IMG/VR virus record: IMGVR_UViG_3300024520_000477
Coordinates: 1 to 24,691 of that record
Strand: one strand, 5' to 3'
Source: a virus
Taxonomy: Duplodnaviria; Caudoviricetes
DNA length: 24,691 nucleotides
The notes below the pieces were generated by a model. That model had not been told where the DNA came from. It worked only from the letters and a program-made list of their open reading frames with translations, and ran no database searches. Each line of letters begins with the position of its first letter. The first letter of the stretch is position 1. Shown here one piece after another: positions 1 through 8,936 of this stretch. The position numbers and the translations under genes were made by a program.

Positions 1-1
1 G

Positions 2-232
2 GGCCTCGGCTCTGGCTCCCGCGTTAGCGATTGGGAAACGGGCAAAACCTCGCCACCAGCAAGAAAACTGATGGCTATGCCCTCGCTTTTCGCGTGTTCA
101 GGTCACTGGCTCCTGACGGGCGAGGGTCCGATGACCGGACCATCGAATGAGGACGCGCTACGGCTCACCGTCATCCGCAGAATTGCCGCTGGCGAGGTCA
201 GCGACTACGAGCTGTTGAACGCTAATGCGTAA
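2..232 (+). CDS. XRE/Cro-CI family HTH regulator, 5'-truncated by the window edge
   Basis: Manual translation GLGSGSRVSDWETGKTSPPARKLMAMPSLFACSGHWLLTGEGPM...; VSxWE and WLLTGEG motifs typical of phage repressors; absent from the ORF track. Confidence 0.8.
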   Translation, partial: GLGSGSRVSDWETGKTSPPARKLMAMPSLFACSGHWLLTGEGPMTGPSNEDALRLTVIRRIAAGEVSDYELLNANA

Positions 233-467
233 CACGCTCGGCGGGCGCATTCGCGCCGCGCGCAAGCACTTCGGCATGACGCAACCAGAGTTCGCGAACG
301 CGGTGGGTGTCGGCGCAGGGACCCGCGTGTCTGAGTGGGAGAACGACCGCACGACTCCACATCACAAGTACCTCGAGGCGATGGCTCGTGTGCTGTCTGG
401 TCAGGGCGAGCGGATCGACATGGGGTGGCTGATCACTGGCACGGGAACGATGCTACGGCGATCCTGA
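225..467 (+). CDS. XRE family HTH transcriptional regulator
   Basis: LGGRIRAARKHFGMTQPEFANAVGV...RVSEWENDRTTP...WLITGTG matches the HTH_3 pattern. Confidence 0.9.
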   Translation: MRNTLGGRIRAARKHFGMTQPEFANAVGVGAGTRVSEWENDRTTPHHKYLEAMARVLSGQGERIDMGWLITGTGTMLRRS

Positions 468-695
468 CGGCTTGAGCCGGTACGCCTGTGTTGGCCTCAT
501 CACACCCCCAAGCGTAGGCCGCGTAACCGTCAGAACGTCGAGCCGGCCCGCATCATCGAGGGCATAGAGCCGGTCGCGCAGTTTCGCGTGACCCCAGCCA
601 GTCAGCTTGCGGAGCTCGCGTGCCGTGAATGCGTTTTCGGGCGCAGCCTCCGCGAGTACCGACGCGAGCTCCGCCAGCAACTCACCTTCGGTCAT
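453..695 (-). CDS. Small winged-helix-like DNA-binding protein
   Basis: ATG at 695 overlaps the upstream stop (ATGA); FTARELRKLTGWGHAKLRDRLYALDDAGRL resembles a wHTH. Confidence 0.6.
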   Translation of the reverse strand: MTEGELLAELASVLAEAAPENAFTARELRKLTGWGHAKLRDRLYALDDAGRLDVLTVTRPTLGGVMRPTQAYRLKPSGSP

Positions 696-1543
696 TTGGG
701 ACTCCAGACTGTCGGCCTGTCTGGCTTGTAGAGCAGTGGCCGGATTGCCACGTCTCCATTCCTGACGACGAAGACCACGCCGCCGATATCGGCTAGGCTC
801 TCGATTGCTTTGGAGTGGACCCACTCAGATGAGAGCTGCCACGCCGGACAGGCTATGGCGCGCGTGACACCGCGGTGGTCCGGCCCCGAATCCATATATG
901 TGTGCTTGTGCGATCTGACTGCGATGTCGGGCGGCTCGTCGCCTGACGTTTGGAACGTCGCCCAGATGTCCCATGCGTACAGAGCCGCATAGCTTTTGCG
1001 GGTGTGCTCGCGCATGCCCGTCCTACCGTGGTGCCGCACGTCGAAGCTGATGCCGCCAATCTCAGCGCGTAGCCAGCGCCAGGTATGGGAGCCGGTATCA
1101 ATGTCACGGACGACGGGGCACCCGCGGGCTTCAACCTCCCTAGCCACTGCGCCCTCGAGGCTCCCGCCCTGGCCTACATGGCTCGGGGTGCCGCGTAGGA
1201 TGTGGATGTAGTCGGGATCGAGCGTCAGGACGCCCTTCGTGAGCACGTCAGCCGCCGCCTCGATATGCAGCCCTTCATCTCTTCCGACGATCTGGCTCGT
1301 GTTGTGGTGGTCGCCGTCCACGAGGTCACCAGTGTTCCAGTAGTGCAAGACGGAATCGGGCTCGCCTGCGCGAATCGCTGCAATGTCTGCGATGAATGCC
1401 TGGTGTTTACCCCACAGCCAGCTCTGCGCTTTCGATGGTGCGATGTGGTTGCCGTCGTCGTGGTTGACGCCATCGGGATGCATCAGCCCGACCGTCGAGC
1501 CGCAATGCTGGTCACCAGATTGCACGATGATATGCGTACTCAG
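692..1543 (-). CDS. Calcineurin-like metallophosphoesterase
   Basis: Motifs GDQH, GDLVDG, GTPSH, RHHG, SHKH; probable CTG start at 1543, 7 nt after GGAGG (track start 1525). Confidence 0.8.
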   Translation of the reverse strand: MSTHIIVQSGDQHCGSTVGLMHPDGVNHDDGNHIAPSKAQSWLWGKHQAFIADIAAIRAGEPDSVLHYWNTGDLVDGDHHNTSQIVGRDEGLHIEAAADVLTKGVLTLDPDYIHILRGTPSHVGQGGSLEGAVAREVEARGCPVVRDIDTGSHTWRWLRAEIGGISFDVRHHGRTGMREHTRKSYAALYAWDIWATFQTSGDEPPDIAVRSHKHTYMDSGPDHRGVTRAIACPAWQLSSEWVHSKAIESLADIGGVVFVVRNGDVAIRPLLYKPDRPTVWSPK

Positions 1544-1546
1544 AAG

Positions 1547-2005
1547 TCAACCTCCGGTTGCGAGCCGCCGATAGTGAGCCATAGAGTCGGGCGACACTGG
1601 ACGCATACCCAAATCGCCAGTCGGCAACCGCATCTCACAACGGAAGACCCTCCTGTCGTGCCCCTGCTCTCTCGCTATCACGTGGATTGCTTCATGGCTG
1701 AACACTGTCGGGTGTAGCCAGTACCGTTCGTCAATAATGATGCCAGCCGGCTCACCGGCCTCGAACACGGTCATGCCATAAGACAGGTATCCGTGTTCAC
1801 TAATCAACATTCTGGCAGTGCCTAACGGCACAGACAGAGGCTTCGCCAATGGCCCAAGACACCGAGACACATCGCGCCAGATGCCACGGTGTAGCTCGAG
1901 TGGCTGCTGTGGGCGGGCACCGATCACGATGATGTCCCCCATTTGCTGATTTGCTAGACCGCCCATCGCGCAAGCGGTGAACGCGAACAGCCAGCGCACC
2001 CTCAC
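1547..2005 (-). CDS. Putative exported or lipoprotein zinc metallopeptidase-like protein
   Basis: N-terminus MRVRWLFAFTAC (short hydrophobic stretch plus Cys); HEAIH HExxH motif followed by GH; GTGA coupling to the upstream ORF. Confidence 0.55.
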   Translation of the reverse strand: MRVRWLFAFTACAMGGLANQQMGDIIVIGARPQQPLELHRGIWRDVSRCLGPLAKPLSVPLGTARMLISEHGYLSYGMTVFEAGEPAGIIIDERYWLHPTVFSHEAIHVIAREQGHDRRVFRCEMRLPTGDLGMRPVSPDSMAHYRRLATGG

Positions 2006-2181
2006 TGGTCAAGCTCCTCGCGGACGGTGCCGCAGTACTGGCACACGTCCTTCCAACCGTCCATGCGGGTGCCGCACTCTTCGCAATTCCACCGCGGCCT
2101 CGCCTTCGCGACGTAGCAGACCACACCCTCGGCTGCGTCCTCGAGGACAGTCGCGACCCGATAACCACGCGGCTCGTACAT
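2002..2181 (-). CDS. 59-aa zinc-finger protein (RanBP2-like spacing)
   Basis: Manual translation MYEPRGYRVATVLEDAAEGVVCYVAKARPRWNCEECGTRMDGWKDVCQYCGTVREELDQ; fills the gap between coupled neighbours exactly. Confidence 0.7.
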   Translation of the reverse strand: MYEPRGYRVATVLEDAAEGVVCYVAKARPRWNCEECGTRMDGWKDVCQYCGTVREELDQ

Positions 2182-2343
2182 TCACCCAACGAGCACGTCT
2201 AGGTAGAGAGCTTCAACGTCGGGAGGGTCCAGCCATTCATGCGGGGTGTGTTTATTTGTGTCGAGTTTGCAGAAGAAACACCAGCGGTCGCCGGCATCGT
2301 TGCTCTGCTGGCAGCGGGGGCAGCTCCACTCGCGGCGAGTCAC
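2182..2343 (-). CDS. 53-aa RanBP2-type zinc-finger protein
   Basis: GTG start overlaps the endolysin stop; WSCPRCQQSNDAGDRWCFFC fits W-x-C-x2-C-x3-N-x6-C-x2-C. Confidence 0.7.
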   Translation of the reverse strand: MTRREWSCPRCQQSNDAGDRWCFFCKLDTNKHTPHEWLDPPDVEALYLDVLVG

Positions 2344-2837
2344 AAGCCCGCCTGACGTAGATGCAGCAGCCGGCGCAGCCAACCGCGCAGGAACTTGAGC
2401 TGATTGCCCCTGCTGATTCGGTAGTAGAAGTCGACGCGCTGCCACGTCATGCCGTCGAAGACCGCGCGCGCTGGCAGGTCATCTACCGCGGCCTGGGTCT
2501 GGGGTCCGAACGCACCGTCAACCGTTGCGCCGACCGACCGTTGCAGCAACTTGACCGCGCGGCGTACACCGTGGTTTACCGCAGCGTCGAAGTGGGCGAG
2601 CGAGACGGGCCAAGGCAACGCATCGCACCTCGCCTCCGTCCAGTAGTCGCGGTGGTAGATAGCCTCGACCTCTGCTGGTGTGATGCGCTTAACGTCGCGA
2701 CTGAGCAGCGAAGCCCGCCACGCATCATAGGTCTTCTGGGTGATGCCGAAGTTCGTGGCCCCGCCGCGGTCGTCGGGGTCATTCACGTACCCGCCTTCCG
2801 CCTTCAAGATGACGGGCAACGCCTGCTCGAAGCTCAT
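2340..2837 (-). CDS. Endolysin, glycoside hydrolase family 108 with C-terminal peptidoglycan-binding region
   Basis: EGGYVNDPDDRGGATNFGIT, FDAAVNHG, VDGAFGPQT, FLRGWLRR. Confidence 0.95.
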   Translation of the reverse strand: MSFEQALPVILKAEGGYVNDPDDRGGATNFGITQKTYDAWRASLLSRDVKRITPAEVEAIYHRDYWTEARCDALPWPVSLAHFDAAVNHGVRRAVKLLQRSVGATVDGAFGPQTQAAVDDLPARAVFDGMTWQRVDFYYRISRGNQLKFLRGWLRRLLHLRQAGL

Positions 2838-3454
2838 CGGACAGCCGCCACGATCAGCAGCAGCACACCAGCCCCGCCGAGCAGCTTGTCCCTGCGCTCG
2901 TGCTGGGCAATAGCCTCCATCGCGCGCTGTGCGCCGGCCCTATACTCGTCACCCTTCGCGTCTGAGAGCTTGCGCAACCGCACTTCAGCCGCCAGCAACG
3001 CATCGGTCTGCTCGACACGCTGCCACACGATGCGCAAAGCGTTGTCGTGCAGGCTGTCGCGCTTCACAGCCGATGCGTGGAGCGAGTCGATGACCTGGCC
3101 GAGTTGCGTGATTGCCACAAACGCTGCAACCGAGTCGCCCGCCAACTCTTCAGCGCGCTGACGGATCGCGGCGGCGCGTGCGACCGCCTTGCGTCCGACC
3201 TCCTGCGCAGCAGCGACCTCGATAGCCGTCGTGGTGCGCAGCGCATCTGTCGTCTCTCTTAGAGCTTGTGTTGCCCTGCGCTCAACCTCGAGGGCATCGC
3301 CCATATCAGCCACGATGTCAGCAAGCGCGTCACCGCGCGTCAGATGCTCGAGCGCGGCGGCTTTCGCGATGCCCGCCGAGCACTGAGCAGCCACCGCAAA
3401 TACCAGAGCGATGAGTGCCAGAGCGCCGAGCGCCTTCGTAGGCACGCTAGTCAT
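2834..3454 (-). CDS. Spanin-like membrane-anchored coiled-coil protein
   Basis: N-terminal hydrophobic segment ending AVAAQC, Ala-rich helical middle, C-terminal hydrophobic segment LLGGAGVLLLIVAAV; next to the endolysin. Confidence 0.55.
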   Translation of the reverse strand: MTSVPTKALGALALIALVFAVAAQCSAGIAKAAALEHLTRGDALADIVADMGDALEVERRATQALRETTDALRTTTAIEVAAAQEVGRKAVARAAAIRQRAEELAGDSVAAFVAITQLGQVIDSLHASAVKRDSLHDNALRIVWQRVEQTDALLAAEVRLRKLSDAKGDEYRAGAQRAMEAIAQHERRDKLLGGAGVLLLIVAAVR

Positions 3455-3638
3455 AATAGCTCGCTTGGTTGCGCTCGTCCTGCCAACTCTTCGCGCCTGC
3501 CCCGCCCATGACTACCGTGGTGACCGCAACAAACGGCGTAGGGTCATCGAAGTAGACCGCGAGCACGGCGGAGAGCACGACGACATAGGGAGCGATTCGC
3601 CAGAACCTCGAACCCTTGTGCCACCTGTCGTCGGTCAT
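3447..3638 (-). CDS. Putative holin (two hydrophobic segments)
   Basis: ATGA-coupled start; IAPYVVVLSAVLAVYF and FVAVTTVVMGGAGA segments; in the lysis cassette. Confidence 0.55.
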   Translation of the reverse strand: MTDDRWHKGSRFWRIAPYVVVLSAVLAVYFDDPTPFVAVTTVVMGGAGAKSWQDERNQASYYD

Positions 3639-3907
3639 CGTGGTTCCGTGCGCCGTTCCCTTAGCCCGTCCGTCACCCACCCCTCGAGCCGCACCATCCA
3701 GCCCTGGTGTGATTCTTGGGTCGCGGTAATAGCGGCTATGGCTGATGCCTGGTCCGAGTCAGATTTGACCAAAGCCGCGACCGACTGCTTGATATCCAAT
3801 ATGTCGCGCCGCATTCCGTTAAGAGCCCACTTCATCCCGCCAACCACCGCGAGCGCCGGCATCACTAGACCGGCGATGTTGAGTGCGAGCTCTAGTGGGA
3901 TGTCCAT
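3635..3907 (-). CDS. Holin or antiholin-like protein (one TM plus coiled coil)
   Basis: LALNIAGLVMPALAVVGGMKWAL followed by an amphipathic helix; first gene of the lysis cassette. Confidence 0.55.
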   Translation of the reverse strand: MDIPLELALNIAGLVMPALAVVGGMKWALNGMRRDILDIKQSVAALVKSDSDQASAIAAITATQESHQGWMVRLEGWVTDGLRERRTEPR

Positions 3908-4013
3908 GACTACGCTTTTCCGTTAGGGCGTGAGCAATAAGCGACCCGCAGCCCCATGCCCGCACGTCGCGGAGGCAACGCCGCACGGGACTGACAGTGA
4001 CCACGGGCCGCGG

Positions 4014-4331
4014 TCATTCTTGAACATCCACAATGCGCGGCAACTCGCGGTCGATCTCAGCGAGAATCGACTGCACGTGGCGGGCTTCGGCGTGCAGGCG
4101 GGGTAGTCGGTACTCGATGGCTGCGAACTTCTCGTCAAGCTCGTTGAGTTGTCCCCACACCGCAGGCTCTTCGACCGCCATGACATCCATGAAGTCCATC
4201 CGCAGCTCGGCGGCTTCGCGTCTGATATCCGTCAGCGCGCCCATGAGTTCACGGAACGGCTGTCTGATGCGGTCAGCCAGCGCGTCGAGCGCATTGGCTT
4301 TGTCGATGAATTCCTGTGTTCTGGTATGCAT
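4014..4331 (-). CDS. Hypothetical helical/coiled-coil protein
   Basis: ATG immediately follows the tail tip gene stop; heptad-like helical sequence. Confidence 0.65.
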   Translation of the reverse strand: MHTRTQEFIDKANALDALADRIRQPFRELMGALTDIRREAAELRMDFMDVMAVEEPAVWGQLNELDEKFAAIEYRLPRLHAEARHVQSILAEIDRELPRIVDVQE

Positions 4332-7300
4332 TTAGATAGTCACGTCATAGGAATCAGCGTCATAGAGAATCTTTGCCCAGCCGAAGCCGGCGTCAGATGT
4401 GCCGCTTGCGCTCGTCAGGTCGGTGTCGACGTAGTAGCCGACACCAGTAGCCACCGTGTGGGCTAAGCCTGTCGTAGTTACAGCCGACCACGCAGACGCA
4501 CTCGCGGAGTGCGTGTTCGTCGCGATAGTGACACCGACGGAAGACGGCGGCGTTCCACTCGAATACGTGCCATACATCAGCTTTGCCACGCACGTATCAC
4601 CTGCGTTGACCCGCACACCGTTCGTCTGAAACGAAGTGATGTTCGCGCCTGGTGGCAGCACGACCGGCCCGAAGATGTCAAGGTTGTTCGCAGCGGTGCC
4701 GGGATAGATGGAAGCGCCCGAATGCGTCCAGCTCTCAGCTTCAGACGCGGGCATAAACTCGGGCGCCGCGATGGTCAAGGTCTTCGCTACCGTGTCGATG
4801 TTCTCGAGTGCAATCGTGATGCCCTTGTGGCGTGTCGCGCCGAGCGCGTCGTTGTACGTCGCGTCGAAGCTGAACTGGCCCGTGACACCCGCGGACACCG
4901 TGAGGTTCTTCGTGACCGTGAACACCCGCGTGCCGGCTGACCACGTGCCGGAAGTCCATGACGTGGACGCTGACGCGGTGGTGGTCCCGCCCGCGCCATC
5001 GGGATACGAATAAGTGTGGTCGAACGCAGTCATCGACTCGGACAAGTCTTTGCCCGCTATCGTGATGGTGATAGTCGCGCCCGACCGCGTAGCCGTGACG
5101 TGGAACGTCGGTGGGATGAACTCGGAATCACCCCGCCTGCGCTTGACCGTCCACAACCTGTCCGACCCGCCATCCTGCGTCACGTCACCGTCACCGTTCT
5201 CCGCGATGATCTCGACCCACACCATCTGCCCGATCTGGGCCTTGTGGTCTGCGGCGACATCGGCGTGCGCGGCCTCGAGCTTCAGGCTGCCGTGCTGCCC
5301 TGTCAGCGTGAAGTCTTTGGACGAGCTGGTCGGTGCAGTTGGGTCTGATGGCGTGTTCGCTGTCGTGATGCGCCCGTAGCCCCTGGAAAACGCACGGTTG
5401 CCCATCCACGTCAGTTGCACGAAGCCGTCATCCTCGAACCCGATCTCAGCGCCCGTCAGCAGCGCATCGCTTTCGTAGCCGTCGTGCGTGACCGTCTCGG
5501 ACGTGCCGAGTATGTCAGAATACGCCTGCACCCATACCGTGAACTCGCGGCCCTCGAGGTCGTGACATGCCTGGATGCGTGCCAACGCCGCGACTGGCCC
5601 CCGTATCGCGTTGTCGGTGTTCGGGTCGCGCCCCACAAAGCGGTCTGACTCAACCGCTATCGGGTCACCTGGCTCGAGCCACGGGTGCGGGATGTTCGAG
5701 CGGAAGCGCCAGAGCATCATGCCGTTGCCGAGCGCGGCCACGGTCCTGTCGGCTAGCGTACCGGCTACCGTCGCGTCTTCGATGTACTTGGACACCTCAT
5801 CCTCGGCGCCTTCCGTGATGTCGACCAACGCACGCCCGAGCTTGGTGATGCCAGCCGAGTGCGTGACCGACTTCGTGCCGGCGTACGCGCCCTTCCCCTC
5901 GTCCTTCGTCTGGTCCCAACCGTGCGCGACTTTGTAGCCAGTGACACGTGCGCGCAGCCCGGGCGTCACGCCGAGCATCTTCACCTCTTCCATCGGGAAG
6001 AACGCGATAGGACTCTTGCGTGTGAAGAAGTCAACAAACTTGAACCGGCCCTGGCTTTCGATCACCGAGCCGCCAGCTATCCACGCAATGCGGTTGAGTT
6101 CGGTGAGCCCTTTGCGTGTCGTGCTGATGGTCTTCGTGACTGTCGTGGATGCGTCCTCCACGCCTGGGCCGATGTAGCGAGCCGCCACACCAATCTGCCC
6201 GCTCATCAAGTCGTCATACGTCGCCTTGAGTGTGCTGGTCGTGTAGGTCAGCGGTTGTAACGTCGATGCCGCAATCACCGGGATGTCGCGGTTCGACAGC
6301 GCAAGCGGCGAAACGCAGAACAGCTTCACGTCGGGGCCTGCCGCTTCGTAGTCGTCAATCACGAAGTCTGCGCGGTGCAGCCAGTCCTGGCGCGGTAGGT
6401 CTGGATGCCCGATCCAGATGCGCAGGTGGAGCTGCCCGACGTGGTACGTGCTGAACAAGTCCTCCACAAACGACCGATAGTCGCGGTTGCCGTTGCGGAG
6501 CAGCGATACCTCGAGTTCAGGTATCTCCGACTGCATCGTCAGCGGGTCGACCGCCCAGGTGGTGCCGCCGAAGGTGACCAGCCCATCGACACGCTCAGAC
6601 CTGACTTCACGCACGCCCATACGGCGCACTGTCGGCGTCTCTGTCGTTGCAGTCGATGGCGTGAGCGTCGTGCGGATGTCGTAGTTCTGCTGCCGCACGA
6701 ACGCTGACAGGTTGGTGCCGTTGTTCGCGTACTGGTCGTGCGGGCTGGTCGCCGGATCGGCTGAGTTGTCTGCGCCTATCACGTCACCATCGCTGACCGT
6801 CGTCCAGCCCTGCACACCGTCATCTATCTGCACGATGAACGTGGTGGACCCTGGCGTGTTGCCCTCAACGACCATCTCGAGGTCGCCGCTGCCAGGCGCC
6901 GCGCCCAGGTCAACGTCGGCGGTCGTGAACGTCATGGTGGTTTCTGAGTACGTGTTGCCCTTCAGGCTGAAGTAGGGCACACCGGCAGCCTGGCCCTCGT
7001 CCTTGTACAGCGTGCCGCCCGTGTCGAGCTGCTGGTCAGACACGGCGGTGATCTGGCGCCGGCTGACCACGTGCCCGTTGTCCGTGATGTTCGTGTTGCC
7101 GGTATCGCATATCCACGAAGCGTTCGACGCCGCCACCCCCTCACCCTTCAACGCCCACACCATCAGCAGCGTCGTCGGCTTGATCGGTGCGCCCGCTTCC
7201 CGGGCCGCGAATGTGGTGACTGGCGCCGGACCCACAACCGGCGCGATGTCGCCGGTCTTGAAAATGAACGTGACGTTCGCCTTCGCTGCTCCAGCGGTGA

Positions 7301-7775
7301 CGTACACGACTTGACTGATGGGCACGATGCGCCACACCGTGTCGTCCAGCGCGTTCGACAACGCTGCACCATGCAGCCGGAACATCTGCGCTGCCCACTT
7401 CGTGACCTCCTGGCCGGCGCCCGTGTCGTTGTCCAGCCGGATCACAGCGTTGTCTATCTCAATCGTCTCGACATCGGAGCCCGCCCACTCGATGACCGCG
7501 CAGTCGATTGTAGCAGAGAGCGGAGGCACGAGTGCAGTGATGTCCGAGCCAGCCGACTCGGTGACAGCTTCGGCGTGGACGGTCGCTGAACCAGTCAGCC
7601 GCACGCCGCCCTCTTCCAGCGTCTCGAATCCTGACGTTGAATTCGCCGCGTCCCAATCAGCCTCGATGTCGATGATGTCCTCCGCATCGACTGTCAATAC
7701 CTCGAGGATGGGCCGCGCCTCTTGCGGATGGCGCTCTAGGCGCTGGCGTAGCGGCTCCGTGAACCCGTGGCGCAT
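4332..7775 (-). CDS. Large tail tip protein (hub or central fibre-like)
   Basis: About 1147 aa, Thr/Ser/Gly-rich and beta-strand-like; last large gene of the tail module; ATG at 7775 lies just after the protease stop. Confidence 0.75.
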   Translation of the reverse strand: MRHGFTEPLRQRLERHPQEARPILEVLTVDAEDIIDIEADWDAANSTSGFETLEEGGVRLTGSATVHAEAVTESAGSDITALVPPLSATIDCAVIEWAGSDVETIEIDNAVIRLDNDTGAGQEVTKWAAQMFRLHGAALSNALDDTVWRIVPISQVVYVTAGAAKANVTFIFKTGDIAPVVGPAPVTTFAAREAGAPIKPTTLLMVWALKGEGVAASNASWICDTGNTNITDNGHVVSRRQITAVSDQQLDTGGTLYKDEGQAAGVPYFSLKGNTYSETTMTFTTADVDLGAAPGSGDLEMVVEGNTPGSTTFIVQIDDGVQGWTTVSDGDVIGADNSADPATSPHDQYANNGTNLSAFVRQQNYDIRTTLTPSTATTETPTVRRMGVREVRSERVDGLVTFGGTTWAVDPLTMQSEIPELEVSLLRNGNRDYRSFVEDLFSTYHVGQLHLRIWIGHPDLPRQDWLHRADFVIDDYEAAGPDVKLFCVSPLALSNRDIPVIAASTLQPLTYTTSTLKATYDDLMSGQIGVAARYIGPGVEDASTTVTKTISTTRKGLTELNRIAWIAGGSVIESQGRFKFVDFFTRKSPIAFFPMEEVKMLGVTPGLRARVTGYKVAHGWDQTKDEGKGAYAGTKSVTHSAGITKLGRALVDITEGAEDEVSKYIEDATVAGTLADRTVAALGNGMMLWRFRSNIPHPWLEPGDPIAVESDRFVGRDPNTDNAIRGPVAALARIQACHDLEGREFTVWVQAYSDILGTSETVTHDGYESDALLTGAEIGFEDDGFVQLTWMGNRAFSRGYGRITTANTPSDPTAPTSSSKDFTLTGQHGSLKLEAAHADVAADHKAQIGQMVWVEIIAENGDGDVTQDGGSDRLWTVKRRRGDSEFIPPTFHVTATRSGATITITIAGKDLSESMTAFDHTYSYPDGAGGTTTASASTSWTSGTWSAGTRVFTVTKNLTVSAGVTGQFSFDATYNDALGATRHKGITIALENIDTVAKTLTIAAPEFMPASEAESWTHSGASIYPGTAANNLDIFGPVVLPPGANITSFQTNGVRVNAGDTCVAKLMYGTYSSGTPPSSVGVTIATNTHSASASAWSAVTTTGLAHTVATGVGYYVDTDLTSASGTSDAGFGWAKILYDADSYDVTI

Positions 7776-7776
7776 G

Positions 7777-8397
7777 TTACCGCTTCGCCAACTCCAACAG
7801 CCGGCGGGCCGCTTCCAGTGTGGTCCGCTCGTCCTCACGCTTTTCCGTTACTTCCTCGACGGGCTGGCGTTCGGTCTTCGCAGCTTCCAGCGAGCGCACC
7901 GCAACGTCTGTGTTGGGGTTCGCCGGGAATGTCACAGGGCTGACATCGAACAGCCGCCCGACCTTTTGGATCGTGCGCAGTTCGCGGCCTGTCTCTTCGT
8001 TGGTCGTTTCCCATGTGTCCGTTTCGACAGTGAAGCCGAAACTCATCTGATCGACATCGCCGCGGTCAATCGCTTCGCGGAGCGCAGCAGCCGAGTCGGG
8101 CAAGTCGATTTCACTGAGCAGGCCACGCTGGTCGACCGACAGGCGTAGCGTGCCCGACTTCGTGCGACCTAGCACGTGGTTGCTGTCGTGGTTCCACAGC
8201 GCGCGCACGTCGTCACTCAGCACGTCATCGAACGCGCCGGCTGCAATGCGCTCATCGAACATGCCCAGGTCGTAGACATCACCGAACGTCGCGGCGTGTC
8301 CGCGCAGGGTCATGCCATCGTCGGTCGTGTCGGCTCTGAACTCCGCTATAGGCCGATACCGGAACTCGACGCCCTCGGGGATCTTCGTGTTGCTCAT
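7777..8397 (-). CDS. HK97-family prohead protease
   Basis: LRGHAATFG, ERIAAGAF, VRALWNHD, LGRTKSGTLRL, QMSFGF, LFDVSPVTFPA (catalytic His and Ser motifs intact). Confidence 0.95.
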   Translation of the reverse strand: MSNTKIPEGVEFRYRPIAEFRADTTDDGMTLRGHAATFGDVYDLGMFDERIAAGAFDDVLSDDVRALWNHDSNHVLGRTKSGTLRLSVDQRGLLSEIDLPDSAAALREAIDRGDVDQMSFGFTVETDTWETTNEETGRELRTIQKVGRLFDVSPVTFPANPNTDVAVRSLEAAKTERQPVEEVTEKREDERTTLEAARRLLELAKR

Positions 8398-8409
8398 CGT
8401 TTCGTTCCT

Positions 8410-8802
8410 CTAGTCTACGGGTGCAGGGCTTGGGTCGCCCAGGAATGCGTGTGGAGGCATCCAGTCCTGGGTCACCACGTCGCCCGTCTGCGTGTCGCCT
8501 TGCTCCACGTCCACTTCGCGGTTCACTGTGTTGCCGTCCTCGTCCAGCACGTCCCGCCTCACGAGCTTCCTGAACACCGCGCGCCGCTGCGCTATCGTTA
8601 GACTCGTTTTCAGTTCGCCCCACGTGTCAGCGATCTGCTCGGCGCCGAGCTGCTGTAGCTGCCCCCATAGCTCCGTCGACTGCTGACCGTGCAGATAGCA
8701 CCACCGCCTGCCACGGTACAACACCACCGAGTTGAACTGCGATGGGCTCACGGTGTGCTCACCGCGGTCACTGAATACTGCCTTCGGTACGCGATAGAAC
8801 AT
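8410..8802 (-). CDS. Hypothetical protein (130 aa), possibly fibre-associated
   Basis: ATG at 8802 lies 2 nt after the stop of the upstream mini ORF; the track's N-terminal extension is probably not real. Confidence 0.6.
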   Translation of the reverse strand: MFYRVPKAVFSDRGEHTVSPSQFNSVVLYRGRRWCYLHGQQSTELWGQLQQLGAEQIADTWGELKTSLTIAQRRAVFRKLVRRDVLDEDGNTVNREVDVEQGDTQTGDVVTQDWMPPHAFLGDPSPAPVD

Positions 8803-8804
8803 GG

Positions 8805-8936
8805 TCAGGTCTGGTCGTTGTAGGATGCGGAACTCGAGCGCGCATGGGTGCCGGCGCCTACCCAGCCACCGCGCATACTGAAGAGCGTGTCGCGACGTTT
8901 GCCGCCGAACAGCAGCAGCCAGAGTGTGCGTCTCAC
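8805..8936 (-). CDS. 43-aa mini protein resembling the N-terminus of the fibre-like protein
   Basis: Manual translation MRRTLWLLLFGGKRRDTLFSMRGGWVGAGTHARSSSASYNDQT; GTGA-coupled upstream and abutting downstream. Confidence 0.6.
   Translation of the reverse strand: MRRTLWLLLFGGKRRDTLFSMRGGWVGAGTHARSSSASYNDQT

Noticed and set aside
3923-4027. Short ORF MFKNDRGPW... and GC hairpins before the lysis cassette
   Set aside because: No motif or clear RBS; short GC stems are expected by chance at this composition
7776-7838. N-terminal extension of the 1168-aa tail ORF
   Set aside because: Overlaps the protease C-terminus; ATG 7775 just after the protease stop is more plausible
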